A stretch of 50,885 nt of DNA from Dehalococcoidia bacterium (GCA_049513695.1 JBEKVW010000001.1:1-50885), one strand, 5' to 3'; counted from the stretch's first letter, positions 1 to 8,872 are shown. The notes: generated by a model not told the origin, from the sequence alone. Numbers and translations: made by a program.

Positions 1-1635
1 CACCTTTTCCCCCTCGCTCAACCCGGACGTTATCTCGGTCTGGGTCTTGCCCTGCAGGCCGATCTTCACCGGCCTCTGCTCGGCGATACTGGTTTTTTCA
101 TCCTTCCAGACGAGCACATAATAGTCGCCGCTCTGACCGCTGATAGCAGCATTGGGCACCAGCAATACATTAGTATGCTTATCTATCGATATCTCTGCTG
201 TGGCTGTCATACCGCCCGCCAAATAGGCGGCGTCCCCGGGATTAAGCGAGATCTCAACCTTGTAACTTGCCATCTTAGTATCAAGCGTTCCAAAGGGTGA
301 TATAAAAGCCACCTGGCCTTCGAAGGCTTTGCCGGGTATAGCATCGACGTAAACTAAGGCCTTCTGCCCCTTGGCAATCTTGAGCACGTCAATTTCACCG
401 ACTATCCCGACCATCCTGATAGAGGAAGTATCAACCAGACGTGCCACATAGGAATCGATGGGGAGGCCGGTCACAGAGTACCTCTGTGTTATCATGTCCC
501 CTTCATGCAAATTGACCTCCACGACCTGGCCGTCAAAGGGGGCCAGCAACTCGGTCTTAAGCAACGAAAGCTTGGCGCGGTCCAGGTTGATAATGGCGGT
601 CTGTATCCCGATGTTATAGTCACGCAGGGCTTTCAAATTTAGCCCCTGCCTGTAAGTGGAGATGTTTTCATCCAGTATCTTGTTGCTCAATTCCAGGTCG
701 TGGCGCACCGAGCTCAGCGTCTGAGCAAAGCTGACCGGATCAACATCCTTCTGTCCGGCCATAGCCTGCAGCTTATCCATCGAGGCAAGTATCTCGTTGA
801 TCACGGTATACACAGTGCAGGTATCGACAGATGTCGCATCGGTGGGCAGGTGGGTGATCCTTTTGACCACGTCATAGGTAGAAGACATCTCGGTAAGCAT
901 ATCCTGGATGGCGCTGACCGCACTCCCGTATTCTCCGTCTTTTACCTGCTGCTGGATGGAAGTAATTACATCCATTTCGGAAGAAAGGCGCTGGATGGCC
1001 GCGGCAGCGTCCTGGCTGGTATTTATTACCTGGCCAACATCATTTATAAGGTCCGGCCTGATCCGGTTGAATGCCGGGTCGCTGTAGATTTTCCCGGCCG
1101 CCTCGATATCATAGTTAGCCAGCGAAATCTGTTCGGCCGCGTCTTCATACTGGCCCGTCTGCAAAAGCGTCTCAGCCTTTTGCATCTCTTTTAATGCAAA
1201 TTCAAACCGATAAAGGGCAACGGCATCGCTATAGAACGAAGGCGCTCGCGTGCAGCCGCAGCAAACGGTCTCCACTACGTTATTGATGGCCAATTCAAGC
1301 CCGTACTGGGCTGTCTCGACATTCTGTTTCTGGGCTGTATCGTCCAACTGGGCAATCAGAGCACCGGCCTTAACCATGTCTCCCCTCTGTACATAAACCT
1401 TTTTAATCTGGGCGCTGTAGGGCTGGGTTAAACTGAACATAGATGTGTCAAAATAGAGGTTCACGGCATCGGGCATCTCTATATCCCCATTAGCACTGAC
1501 CGTTACTTCTAAATCGCCACGCTGCACAGTGGCTGCTGTCTGCTGCTGGGTTAGGGGACTGCTGCTGCATCCTCCCGCGATAATAGACACCGCCAGTACA
1601 ACTGTTGCCATCTTAACAAGCCACGATTTACTCAT
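1..1635 (-). CDS. HlyD/membrane-fusion-protein family efflux adaptor (MacA-like); C-terminus lies beyond the window edge
   Basis: Absent from the ORF track because it is open to the window edge. My translation from the ATG at 1635-1633 gives MSKSWLVKMATVVLAVSIIAGGCSSS..., a lipoprotein-type signal with Cys. Lipoyl-like half motifs (VYVQRGDMVKAGALIAQLD ... LLAPFDGQVVEVNLHEGDMI) flank a long helical region, followed by a beta-barrel part (KALVYVDAIPGKAFEGQVAFISP). 1635 nt = 545 codons with no stop seen. Confidence 0.8.
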   Translation of the reverse strand, partial: MSKSWLVKMATVVLAVSIIAGGCSSSPLTQQQTAATVQRGDLEVTVSANGDIEMPDAVNLYFDTSMFSLTQPYSAQIKKVYVQRGDMVKAGALIAQLDDTAQKQNVETAQYGLELAINNVVETVCCGCTRAPSFYSDAVALYRFEFALKEMQKAETLLQTGQYEDAAEQISLANYDIEAAGKIYSDPAFNRIRPDLINDVGQVINTSQDAAAAIQRLSSEMDVITSIQQQVKDGEYGSAVSAIQDMLTEMSSTYDVVKRITHLPTDATSVDTCTVYTVINEILASMDKLQAMAGQKDVDPVSFAQTLSSVRHDLELSNKILDENISTYRQGLNLKALRDYNIGIQTAIINLDRAKLSLLKTELLAPFDGQVVEVNLHEGDMITQRYSVTGLPIDSYVARLVDTSSIRMVGIVGEIDVLKIAKGQKALVYVDAIPGKAFEGQVAFISPFGTLDTKMASYKVEISLNPGDAAYLAGGMTATAEISIDKHTNVLLVPNAAISGQSGDYYVLVWKDEKTSIAEQRPVKIGLQGKTQTEITSGLSEGEKV

Positions 1636-1695
1636 AGTTGTGATACTCCCTGTATAAACTCATACCTGAACGGCTGCTTACATTCAATACTAAAA

Positions 1696-2160
1696 TCATG
1701 AACCATAGTTTACCTTGCTTACAATGTCGGTAAAGGCTTCCAGTGCGCCGGAAAGCGTCAGTAGATCATTCATGTCCAGCGTCGACAGGCTTCTTTTGAT
1801 CTCGTTCCGCATGATCTTTTTCCTGCCGGTAACGAAACGCCTGCCTTTCTCAGTGATGACTATATTTTTAATCCTTTTATCGTTGCTATCAAGTTCACGC
1901 TGAGCATAACCCTTTTCTATAAGTTTATCCAGCAGAGAGGTCGTATTGGATTTGGATATGCCCAGCCTGCAGCTTATGTCCGAGGTCTGCAAAGTGCCCA
2001 GTTTCATTATCATGGCCAGCACATGGAACTGCATATTGCCGGGGTTTACGCCCGCTTTGGTATGGGCAACCTGGAATATTTTGCGGTAGAAGAGAGGAAG
2101 AAATATAAACAGGCTGTCCATTATGCTGTCGAGCTTTACGTCTTCCGGTTTTTTGGCCAT
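1696..2160 (-). CDS. MarR family transcriptional regulator
   Basis: 154 aa with a winged-HTH core: TSDISCRLGISKSNTTSLLDKLIEKGYAQRELDSNDKRIKNIVITEKGRRF. Lies directly upstream of, and co-directional with, the HlyD-type gene. Confidence 0.85.
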   Translation of the reverse strand: MAKKPEDVKLDSIMDSLFIFLPLFYRKIFQVAHTKAGVNPGNMQFHVLAMIMKLGTLQTSDISCRLGISKSNTTSLLDKLIEKGYAQRELDSNDKRIKNIVITEKGRRFVTGRKKIMRNEIKRSLSTLDMNDLLTLSGALEAFTDIVSKVNYGS

Positions 2161-2195
2161 TGATATTGAAATAGGTTGCCGGGTATTTTGTTCTA

Positions 2196-2224
2196 TTTAT
2201 ATAACTTTTTTCAGCATATGTCAA
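2196..2224 (-). promoter_or_regulatory. Predicted sigma70 promoter for the marR-hlyD unit
   Basis: Minus strand reads TTGACA (2224-2219), a 17-nt spacer, then TATAAA (2201-2196). This is about 35 nt upstream of the ATG at 2160. Confidence 0.55.
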
Positions 2225-2360
2225 CTGCTTACCCCGTACGTATGATATTGTTATACTTTTCGACGTTACAAACTACAAGACAGTCAGGGTGCCGAAAATA
2301 CATTTGCAGCTGTCAACATCCAGCAAAAATTTACTGCTCCTGAAGCGCAGATTTTGACGG

Positions 2361-2831
2361 CTACATGATATTGTTCAACTTGGTTAATAGTTCAAGTTGA
2401 GTTTCTAATGATTTAGAGATTTCAGTTATTTCATCCGGATCTAATTTTGCAAAGGTATTTAATACATATTGCTTTATGATTCTTCTTTTCTTTATTATAA
2501 GCCTTCTACCTTTATCGGTTACGCTGATTTTTATTACCCGCCTGTCTTTATCATCATGTAAACGTTGAGCATAACCCTTATCAATCAATTTATCAACCAG
2601 TGTAGTAACGTTCGGCCTCGATATGCAATAGATTTTACTTATCTCTGAAGGCATCATCTCTCCGGTCGCCAATCCCTCCAGTATAATAGTCTGCATATCA
2701 GACGAGCCAATTTTTGTTTTCATCATAGTGTTGAAAAGCACTTTACGCACGATCACAGGAAACAGCATCATCACATCGTCCACGATATTGCTCAGGCGGT
2801 TGTTGATCTCTGATTCCGGCAATTCTTTCAC
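2361..2831 (-). CDS. MarR family transcriptional regulator (paralogue of 1696..2160)
   Basis: 156 aa, GTG start. Core motif: PSEISKIYCISRPNVTTLVDKLIDKGYAQRLHDDKDRRVIKISVTDKGRRL. Visibly more AT-rich than its neighbours. Confidence 0.85.
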   Translation of the reverse strand: MKELPESEINNRLSNIVDDVMMLFPVIVRKVLFNTMMKTKIGSSDMQTIILEGLATGEMMPSEISKIYCISRPNVTTLVDKLIDKGYAQRLHDDKDRRVIKISVTDKGRRLIIKKRRIIKQYVLNTFAKLDPDEITEISKSLETQLELLTKLNNIM

Positions 2832-3131
2832 ACGCAGCTAATTATGACATAGGAATCGATCCTTGCGCTGTATTTTGCCACCGCTTGCTATGAAACGCAA
2901 CCTTCCCCCATACCTTTATCTTTGTTTTCCAAATTATGACACCCAAATGGGTAATGTGCGGATATTCTATGCTGGCAACATATAAGCCTTCTATGGTAAG
3001 GCATTGACAAGCTCCTTACCGTAGAAGCCTTATAATATAGTAAAGATGACCGATTTTGATATAGCTTTATAATATAAACCCAAGAGGTATCCTGCAATTA
3101 TTATTTCGGGCTATCTGTAACTAATTTAGTG

Positions 3132-3308
3132 TTATTCGCTCTTCTCTCTAGCCTGTTTTATGCGGTTACCAAGAGCGTCCAGCTTTTCTTTCAGCATTTC
3201 CTTAGTTTCCTCTCCAGACCTGGGCGCATTGAATATACCTATGGCAATGCCCAGAACCGTGCCGACAATCAGACCCATAAAAAATTTTTCGCCTGCTTCG
3301 TTGCTCAT
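3132..3308 (-). CDS. YtxH domain-containing small protein (general-stress type)
   Basis: 58 aa, below the ORF-track length cut-off. My translation: MSNEAGEKFFMGLIVGTVLGIAIGIFNAPRSGEETKEMLKEKLDALGNRIKQAREKSE. This carries the typical YtxH signature G.L.G...G.......AP.SG.ETR. Its ATG overlaps the upstream gene's stop (TAATG). The 60-aa plus-strand ORF 3129..3311 is its antisense shadow. Confidence 0.75.
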   Translation of the reverse strand: MSNEAGEKFFMGLIVGTVLGIAIGIFNAPRSGEETKEMLKEKLDALGNRIKQAREKSE

Positions 3309-3586
3309 TAGTTAATCTCCTTTCCAGTTATAATTTTGTTAATGAAACGGATACCCTGATTAATTCCCCTGAAAGTAGCGCCGATTTTGGACAGCGGCTC
3401 AACAACCTCTTTATTTGCCTGATCAGCTATTTCTTTTACCCTTTCAGCGGCGGCGTTGAGGGACACCATAGTGGCTGCGGTCTGCCTGTAAATACTGGCC
3501 ACTACTACACATAGATAGATTGTTGCCACCGACGCTATGACGCCCCACACGATCAGCACAATGTCACGGAACGATGATAAGTCCAT
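3308..3586 (-). CDS. Small membrane-anchored coiled-coil protein, DUF948-like (tentative)
   Basis: 92 aa with one N-terminal TM helix (IVLIVWGVIASVATIYLCVVVASI) and a helical tail. SD GGAGG lies upstream. Translationally coupled to the YtxH gene, a pairing common in Firmicutes-type genomes. Confidence 0.5.
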   Translation of the reverse strand: MDLSSFRDIVLIVWGVIASVATIYLCVVVASIYRQTAATMVSLNAAAERVKEIADQANKEVVEPLSKIGATFRGINQGIRFINKIITGKEIN

Positions 3587-3779
3587 CCGGGAATACCTCC
3601 TGAGTTTATATTAATTTGGTACGCAAACTATATCTGAAATATTCTTATGTATCGATAACTATTATTATTTTATTATTATTATATTTATATAACTATCGTA
3701 ATAATTTGTCAATAGGCCCGCCTTCTATGTGTCAATTGCTTGCCCTTGAACGTGCGATACTGCTATACTATCCGACGTT

Positions 3780-5255
3780 GTGAACTACGAGACTATAATA
3801 GGGCTGGAGGTACACTCGCAACTGCTGACGCGCAGCAAGATGTACTGCCCCTGCAGCGCAGAGTATGCCAACGATCCTCCCAATACCCACGTCTGCCAGG
3901 TATGCATGGGTATGCCGGGCGTGCTGCCCAACATAAATGAGCAGGCGGTTATTTTCACCGTCAAGACCGGCCTGGCCCTCAACTGCACCGTCCCCGAGCA
4001 TGCCAAGTTCGACCGGAAAAACTATCCCTACCCGGACCTGATGAAAGGCTACCAGATATCGCAATATGACATGCCGATGTGCGTCAAGGGCTGGCTGGAA
4101 ATCGATATAGCAGGTAAGAAAAAGAAAATAGGCATTACCCGTGTGCACCTGGAAGAAGACGTGGCCAAGCTGACGCACCGCACTTCGCCGGAAGGCGAAA
4201 GCTACAGTCTGGTGGACGTCAACCGCGCCGGCATGCCGCTAATGGAGATCGTGAGCGAACCGGACATGTCTTCGCCCGAGGAAGCCCGTCTTTACCTGGT
4301 CAAGCTGAGATCGATCCTGCAATACCTGGGCGTATCCACGGGCAATATGGAAGAGGGAAGCTTCCGCTGCGATGCCAATATCAGCATTCGGCCCGAGGGT
4401 ACTAAAGAATACCTAGCCAAGGTTGAAGTCAAAAATATGAACAGCTTCCGCGCCGTCTATCGCGCACTGGAATATGAAGCCCAGAGGCAGCGGGAAGCCA
4501 TGGCTAAAGGTGAAAAGATCGCTCAGGAGACACGCGGTTGGGTTGATGATAAAGGTATTACGGTAAGCCAGCGGAGCAAGGAGTATGCCCACGACTACCG
4601 CTATTTCCCTGAGCCGGATTTGCCACCCCTCTCCTTCAGCCGGCAGACGGTAGATAAAATCAGAGCGGGGCTGCCCGACCTGCCGGAAAAGGTCTATGAT
4701 GAGCTGATAGCTGAATACGACCTCCCTCCGTATGACGCGGAGCTAATAACCCAATCCAAACATTATGTCGCCTATTTCAAGACCAGCATCGGGTTGGGAG
4801 CGAAATCATCGACCAACGTGAAACAGAGGGCCAAGACCATAAGCAACTGGATGCTCGGCGAGTTCACCCGGCTGCTTAACGCAAAAAACATCAAGGCGGA
4901 GGAGGCCCATGACAGGGTGCCGGAGGCCAATTTCGTAGAAATGCTGGACCTGGTTGAAAAGGGAACTTTAAGCGGTCCGCTGTCCAAAACGGTCTTCGAA
5001 GAGATGTTCAACAGCGGCAAAAAGGCGAGCACGATTGTAGCTGAGAAAGGGCTGGTGCAAATCAGCGACAGCGGAGAACTTGCTATAATTGTAGACAAAA
5101 TAATTGCAGATAACGAAAAAGCGGTTGTAGACTATAAGGCGGGTAAGGAAGCTTCTTTGACTTTCCTCATGGGCCAGGTTATGAAAGCTTCCAGGGGCAA
5201 GGCCAACCCGGCGGTAGTCAGACAATTGATCGTCGACAAACTCGGAGGAAATTAA
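3780..5255 (+). CDS. gatB: Asp-tRNA(Asn)/Glu-tRNA(Gln) amidotransferase subunit B
   Basis: 491 aa, GTG start. N-terminal signature YETIIGLEVHSQLLTRSKMYC, then PGVLP and GMPLMEIVSEPD, with a C-terminal YqeY-like tail. No gatA or gatC is adjacent. Confidence 0.95.
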   Translation: MNYETIIGLEVHSQLLTRSKMYCPCSAEYANDPPNTHVCQVCMGMPGVLPNINEQAVIFTVKTGLALNCTVPEHAKFDRKNYPYPDLMKGYQISQYDMPMCVKGWLEIDIAGKKKKIGITRVHLEEDVAKLTHRTSPEGESYSLVDVNRAGMPLMEIVSEPDMSSPEEARLYLVKLRSILQYLGVSTGNMEEGSFRCDANISIRPEGTKEYLAKVEVKNMNSFRAVYRALEYEAQRQREAMAKGEKIAQETRGWVDDKGITVSQRSKEYAHDYRYFPEPDLPPLSFSRQTVDKIRAGLPDLPEKVYDELIAEYDLPPYDAELITQSKHYVAYFKTSIGLGAKSSTNVKQRAKTISNWMLGEFTRLLNAKNIKAEEAHDRVPEANFVEMLDLVEKGTLSGPLSKTVFEEMFNSGKKASTIVAEKGLVQISDSGELAIIVDKIIADNEKAVVDYKAGKEASLTFLMGQVMKASRGKANPAVVRQLIVDKLGGN

Positions 5256-5256
5256 T

Positions 5257-5481
5257 ATGCCAATTTATCTGATCATAGCACAGATAGTGATAGCGCTTGC
5301 GCTTATAGCTGTGCTGACTTTGCAGGTTAAGGGCGGCGGCCTCGGCGGTATCTTCGGCCAGTCCGACGGCGTTTACAGGACCAGGCGCGGCGTTGAAAAA
5401 ACGCTATTTCAGGTCACCATAGTCCTGGCCGTTATCTTTATAGCGCTTTCGATTGTTATCGTCAGGGTCAGCGCTTCGTAA
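5257..5481 (+). CDS. secG: Preprotein translocase subunit SecG
   Basis: 74 aa with two TM helices and a Gly-rich loop: KGGGLGGIFGQSDGVYRTRRGVEKTL. Confidence 0.85.
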   Translation: MPIYLIIAQIVIALALIAVLTLQVKGGGLGGIFGQSDGVYRTRRGVEKTLFQVTIVLAVIFIALSIVIVRVSAS

Positions 5482-5496
5482 TTTCGGGGTATCAGC

Positions 5497-6342
5497 ATGT
5501 CACGGGTTGTCACATTGACGACCGACTTTGGCATCAGCGACGGTTATGTCGCAAGTATGAAAGGCGTCATACTTGGCATAAATCCGCAGGCTAACATCGT
5601 AGATATCACACATGCCATAGCTCCCCAATCCATCCGTGAGGCCTCATTCATCCTGCATACCTCATGGCGCTTTTTTCCCGAAGGCACCATTCATGTCATC
5701 GTAATCGACCCGGGCGTGGGCAGCCACCGCCGGGCGGTCATTTTCAAAACGCCAACCGCGACTTTCGTTACGCCGGATAACGGCACCCTAAGCTATATAT
5801 TGCACGAGCTCTCAGCTGAAAAGTCAGCGCAGGCCGTCCCACTCTCCGACCAAATCGCTAAGCGGGCGCTGCCCGAGGGGTGCGAAGCGGTCTCCATCAC
5901 TAAGCAGGAATATTGGCGCCATCCTGCAAGCTCCACCTTTCATGGACGCGACATTTTCGCCCCGGTGGCAGCACATCTCTCCCTCGACCTGCCTGCCAAA
6001 GAATTCGGCGAGAGCATTGAAAGCCTCAATGCCTTCCACATCCCCATCCCATTCAAGGACCCCACCGGGCACATAATCGGCCAGGTCATACATATAGACA
6101 GATTCGGCAACGTCATAACTAACCTGAGAAGCCGTGACATACCGGCGGCTGGTGCCGCAGTGGAAATAAAAAATCAGAGGATAGCCAACACCAGCAGCTA
6201 TTATGCGCAGGGCAAAGGGATGATGGCGATCATAGGCAGCAGCGACTATCTCGAGCTTTCATTGAAAGATGGCAACGCGGCCGCTTTTCTGGGTATACGT
6301 ATCGGTGATACGGTTAAAATCCTCAGCACCCTGCCGCGCTGA
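5497..6342 (+). CDS. SAM hydrolase / SAM-dependent halogenase family protein (DUF62, S-adenosyl-L-methionine hydroxide adenosyltransferase type)
   Basis: 281 aa. N-terminal VTLTTDFGISDGYVASMKGVI, then VIDPGVGS and FHGRDIFAPVAAHL. Confidence 0.85.
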   Translation: MSRVVTLTTDFGISDGYVASMKGVILGINPQANIVDITHAIAPQSIREASFILHTSWRFFPEGTIHVIVIDPGVGSHRRAVIFKTPTATFVTPDNGTLSYILHELSAEKSAQAVPLSDQIAKRALPEGCEAVSITKQEYWRHPASSTFHGRDIFAPVAAHLSLDLPAKEFGESIESLNAFHIPIPFKDPTGHIIGQVIHIDRFGNVITNLRSRDIPAAGAAVEIKNQRIANTSSYYAQGKGMMAIIGSSDYLELSLKDGNAAAFLGIRIGDTVKILSTLPR

Positions 6343-6345
6343 CGG

Positions 6346-7704
6346 CTATTTGGCAATCTTCCAGGTGGTCCCTTTGGGCATGTCCTCTATAGCAATACCC
6401 ATCTTGAGCAACTGGTCGCGCACCTCGTCGGCCCGCTTCCATTCTTTGGCTTTGCGGTGCTCATTGCGCCGGGAGATCAGCTCCAGGATTTTCTCTTCCT
6501 GTGACTGATCAAGCTTCCTTGTCTCCTGTAATGTAAACCCGATCACGCCCGCCAGCTCTTTTAACACCCCCTGGGCCCGGCCGATATCCATCCCCTTCTC
6601 GCTGCCGCGGTTGATCTCACGCACCAGCTCGAACATGGCGGCCACTGCCTGCGGGGCGCTGAAATCATCATCCATGGCCTCCATGAAGCGGGTCCTGTAC
6701 GGTTCGGCGTCAAGGACTTCGCCGCCGGGCTTGCCCTCCGCCTTGAGGGCCTGCTTCATCCTCTCGATCCCGGTTTCCGCCGCATCGAGGGCTTCCTCGC
6801 TATAGCGAAGAGGCATCCTGTAATAGGAGCTTATGATAAAAAGCCTGATGGCATCGGCGCTGTTGCGTTCCAGCGCCTGCTTAATGGTGACCAGGTTACC
6901 CAGCGACTTGCTCATTTTATCCGCCCCGAGTTGCAGAAAACCGTTGTGCATCCAGATGCACACGAAGGGGTCTACCCCGGTGAAGCATTCGGACTGGGCT
7001 ATCTCATTTTCATGGTGGGGAAACACCAGGTCCTGTCCACCCCCGTGTATATCCAGTGTCTTGCCCAGGTGCTTGATAGACATGGCCGTGCATTCGATGT
7101 GCCAACCCGGCCGCCCGTCACCCCAGGGGCTGGGCCAGGCCGGCTCACCCGGCTTGACCGCTTTCCACAGTGCAAAATCCAGCGGGTCCTCCTTTTTTTC
7201 AGTCTCCGACGTCTCCGTAACTCTCATATCATCGGCCGTCTGGTGCGTCAATTTGCCATAGCCGGGAAAGCTCTTTACCCGAAAATACACGCTGCCGTCG
7301 GCCTTATACGCGTGCCCCTTATCCACAAGCGTCTGGATTACCTGGATGATCATGGGTATCTCCTCGGTAGCCCGGGGATAGATGGTGGCCCGCTTGATAT
7401 TGAGGGCATCCATGTCGACGAAAAATTCGCCGATATATTTTTCCACCAGATCTTTCCAGGGTATATTCCTCTCTTTGGAGCGGTTGATGATCTTGTCATC
7501 GATATCGGTGAAATTTTGCACGTATTTCACGTTATAGCCGCGATATTCCAGGTAGCGCCTGATGATATCGAATGAAATATAGCTTAGAGCGTGTCCGAAA
7601 TGACAGACATCATATACGGTGACCCCGCAAACATACATTTTTACTTCATTATCTTGCGGGGCAAATTCTTCCTTTTGGCCGGACAGGGTACTGAATATCT
7701 TCAT
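6346..7704 (-). CDS. cysS: Cysteine--tRNA ligase
   Basis: 452 aa. HIGH-type motif CHFGHALSY, WPSPWG..RPGWHIEC zinc-site region and KMSKSLGN. Confidence 0.95.
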   Translation of the reverse strand: MKIFSTLSGQKEEFAPQDNEVKMYVCGVTVYDVCHFGHALSYISFDIIRRYLEYRGYNVKYVQNFTDIDDKIINRSKERNIPWKDLVEKYIGEFFVDMDALNIKRATIYPRATEEIPMIIQVIQTLVDKGHAYKADGSVYFRVKSFPGYGKLTHQTADDMRVTETSETEKKEDPLDFALWKAVKPGEPAWPSPWGDGRPGWHIECTAMSIKHLGKTLDIHGGGQDLVFPHHENEIAQSECFTGVDPFVCIWMHNGFLQLGADKMSKSLGNLVTIKQALERNSADAIRLFIISSYYRMPLRYSEEALDAAETGIERMKQALKAEGKPGGEVLDAEPYRTRFMEAMDDDFSAPQAVAAMFELVREINRGSEKGMDIGRAQGVLKELAGVIGFTLQETRKLDQSQEEKILELISRRNEHRKAKEWKRADEVRDQLLKMGIAIEDMPKGTTWKIAK

Positions 7705-7727
7705 GAAACACCTCTAGTATAGAATGA

Positions 7728-8198
7728 TCATTCTTCCAGCATGGCCACGGCATAAGCCGCCATGCCTTCGCCTTTGCCGGTGAAGCCCAACCCATCGGTA
7801 GTGGTCGCCTTGACCATGACCTGGTCATCGTCGATCCTCAGAGCAGCGGCTATATTGGCCCGCATCTCATCTATGTAAAGGGCGACTTTGGGCGCCTGCG
7901 CTATCAACACACTGTCGATATTTTTTATCACGTATCCTTTGGCAGCAACCATACGCCTGACCTGCTCGAGCAGGCCGATGCTGGAAGCGTTCTTATATCG
8001 TGGGTCACCACTGGGGAATTGATGTCCGATATCCTTCAGACCCGCAGCTCCCAGCAGGGCACCCATAATGGCGTGCACCAGGACGTCGGCATCGCTGTAA
8101 CCGTCAAGCCCTTTATCGAAGGGGACCTCGACCCCACCCAGAATAAGCGGCCTGCCCGTGACCAGCGCATGCGCATCGTAGCCGATTCCCGTCCTCAT
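7728..8198 (-). CDS. ispF: 2-C-methyl-D-erythritol 2,4-cyclodiphosphate synthase
   Basis: 156 aa. Motifs RTGIGYDAH, YSDADVLVHA and the GFTGKGEG region. Confidence 0.95.
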   Translation of the reverse strand: MRTGIGYDAHALVTGRPLILGGVEVPFDKGLDGYSDADVLVHAIMGALLGAAGLKDIGHQFPSGDPRYKNASSIGLLEQVRRMVAAKGYVIKNIDSVLIAQAPKVALYIDEMRANIAAALRIDDDQVMVKATTTDGLGFTGKGEGMAAYAVAMLEE

Positions 8199-8872
8199 GA
8201 TTTAATCCTTTTCCCTGCGATCATTTCCGCCAGCAGTAAATCTTCAGGTGTAGTTACTTTAATATTTTCGTATTCTCCGGGATACAATTTTACCCTGTAT
8301 CCGGCCAGCTCTACTATTGCTGCGTCATCCGTGACAGTGCATTCAACCGTATCGTAAGCCATTTTCAGAATAGCAGTCCGGAATACCTGTGGCGTCTGTA
8401 CGGCCCTTAACCCATCCCGCTGCAAAGTTTGCAGCACCATCCCTGCCTCATCGAACTGTTTAATGGTGTCTTTGACCTCCACGGCGGCGGCCGCCGCTCC
8501 TGTCTGAACGGCGGCATGGAGGCCATCCGCTATCAGCTTCTCGGTTAGGAAAGGGCGGGCGCCATCCTGTACCAGAACCCAGTCGCAACCATCCACCAGC
8601 GCCAAACCTTTCTTCACAGAATCTTGCCTCAATTCTCCCCCGGCGCATATGCTGGAAATTTTGGACCAACCGCGCGCTGTTGCCATTTTTTTACCCTCGT
8701 TCAGCTTGCCTTGCTGCAGAACCAGTACAATGCGGTCGACAGATTTGCTACGCTGTAAGACATCGACCGTCCAGGCTATCAGAGGTTTATCTCCCAGCAT
8801 CAGGAAGGTTTTATCCGAGCCCATCCTTTGCCCGGCGCCGGCGCTTACCACGATTGCAGCTACTTTCGGCAC
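8195..8872 (-). CDS. ispD: 2-C-methyl-D-erythritol 4-phosphate cytidylyltransferase
   Basis: 225 aa. AAIVVSAGAGQRMGSDKTFL and VLVQDGARPF. 4-nt overlap with ispF. Confidence 0.93.
   Translation of the reverse strand: MPKVAAIVVSAGAGQRMGSDKTFLMLGDKPLIAWTVDVLQRSKSVDRIVLVLQQGKLNEGKKMATARGWSKISSICAGGELRQDSVKKGLALVDGCDWVLVQDGARPFLTEKLIADGLHAAVQTGAAAAAVEVKDTIKQFDEAGMVLQTLQRDGLRAVQTPQVFRTAILKMAYDTVECTVTDDAAIVELAGYRVKLYPGEYENIKVTTPEDLLLAEMIAGKRIKS

Noticed and set aside
700-1194. A 164-aa plus-strand ORF. The same applies to many other long ORFs antisense to strong genes, for example 10775..11647, 15656..16567, 19500..20258, 20030..20740, 24401..25066, 37386..37859, 44560..45183, 45440..46087, 46668..47498 and 49451..50011.
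   Set aside because: Each lies entirely antisense to, or out of frame within, a well-supported conserved gene (HlyD, clpC, rpoC, rpoB, holB, nadC, atpF/H/A/C). They have low-complexity, Arg/Ser/Leu-rich composition with no recognisable motifs. They are shadow ORFs.
2888-3097. A 69-aa minus-strand ORF in the marR-B upstream spacer.
   Set aside because: It has no SD, odd composition, and spans the hairpin and repeat elements. It is more likely non-coding regulatory DNA.
3129-3311. A 60-aa plus-strand ORF from the track.
   Set aside because: The opposite strand encodes a clean YtxH-domain protein that is translationally coupled to the upstream gene. The plus-strand ORF is its shadow.
5497-6342. 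The DUF62 (fluorinase/chlorinase superfamily) gene as evidence for halogen metabolism.
   Set aside because: Most family members are SAM hydroxide adenosyltransferases found widely in bacteria and archaea. Nothing in the sequence or context (between secG and cysS) indicates halogenase specificity.
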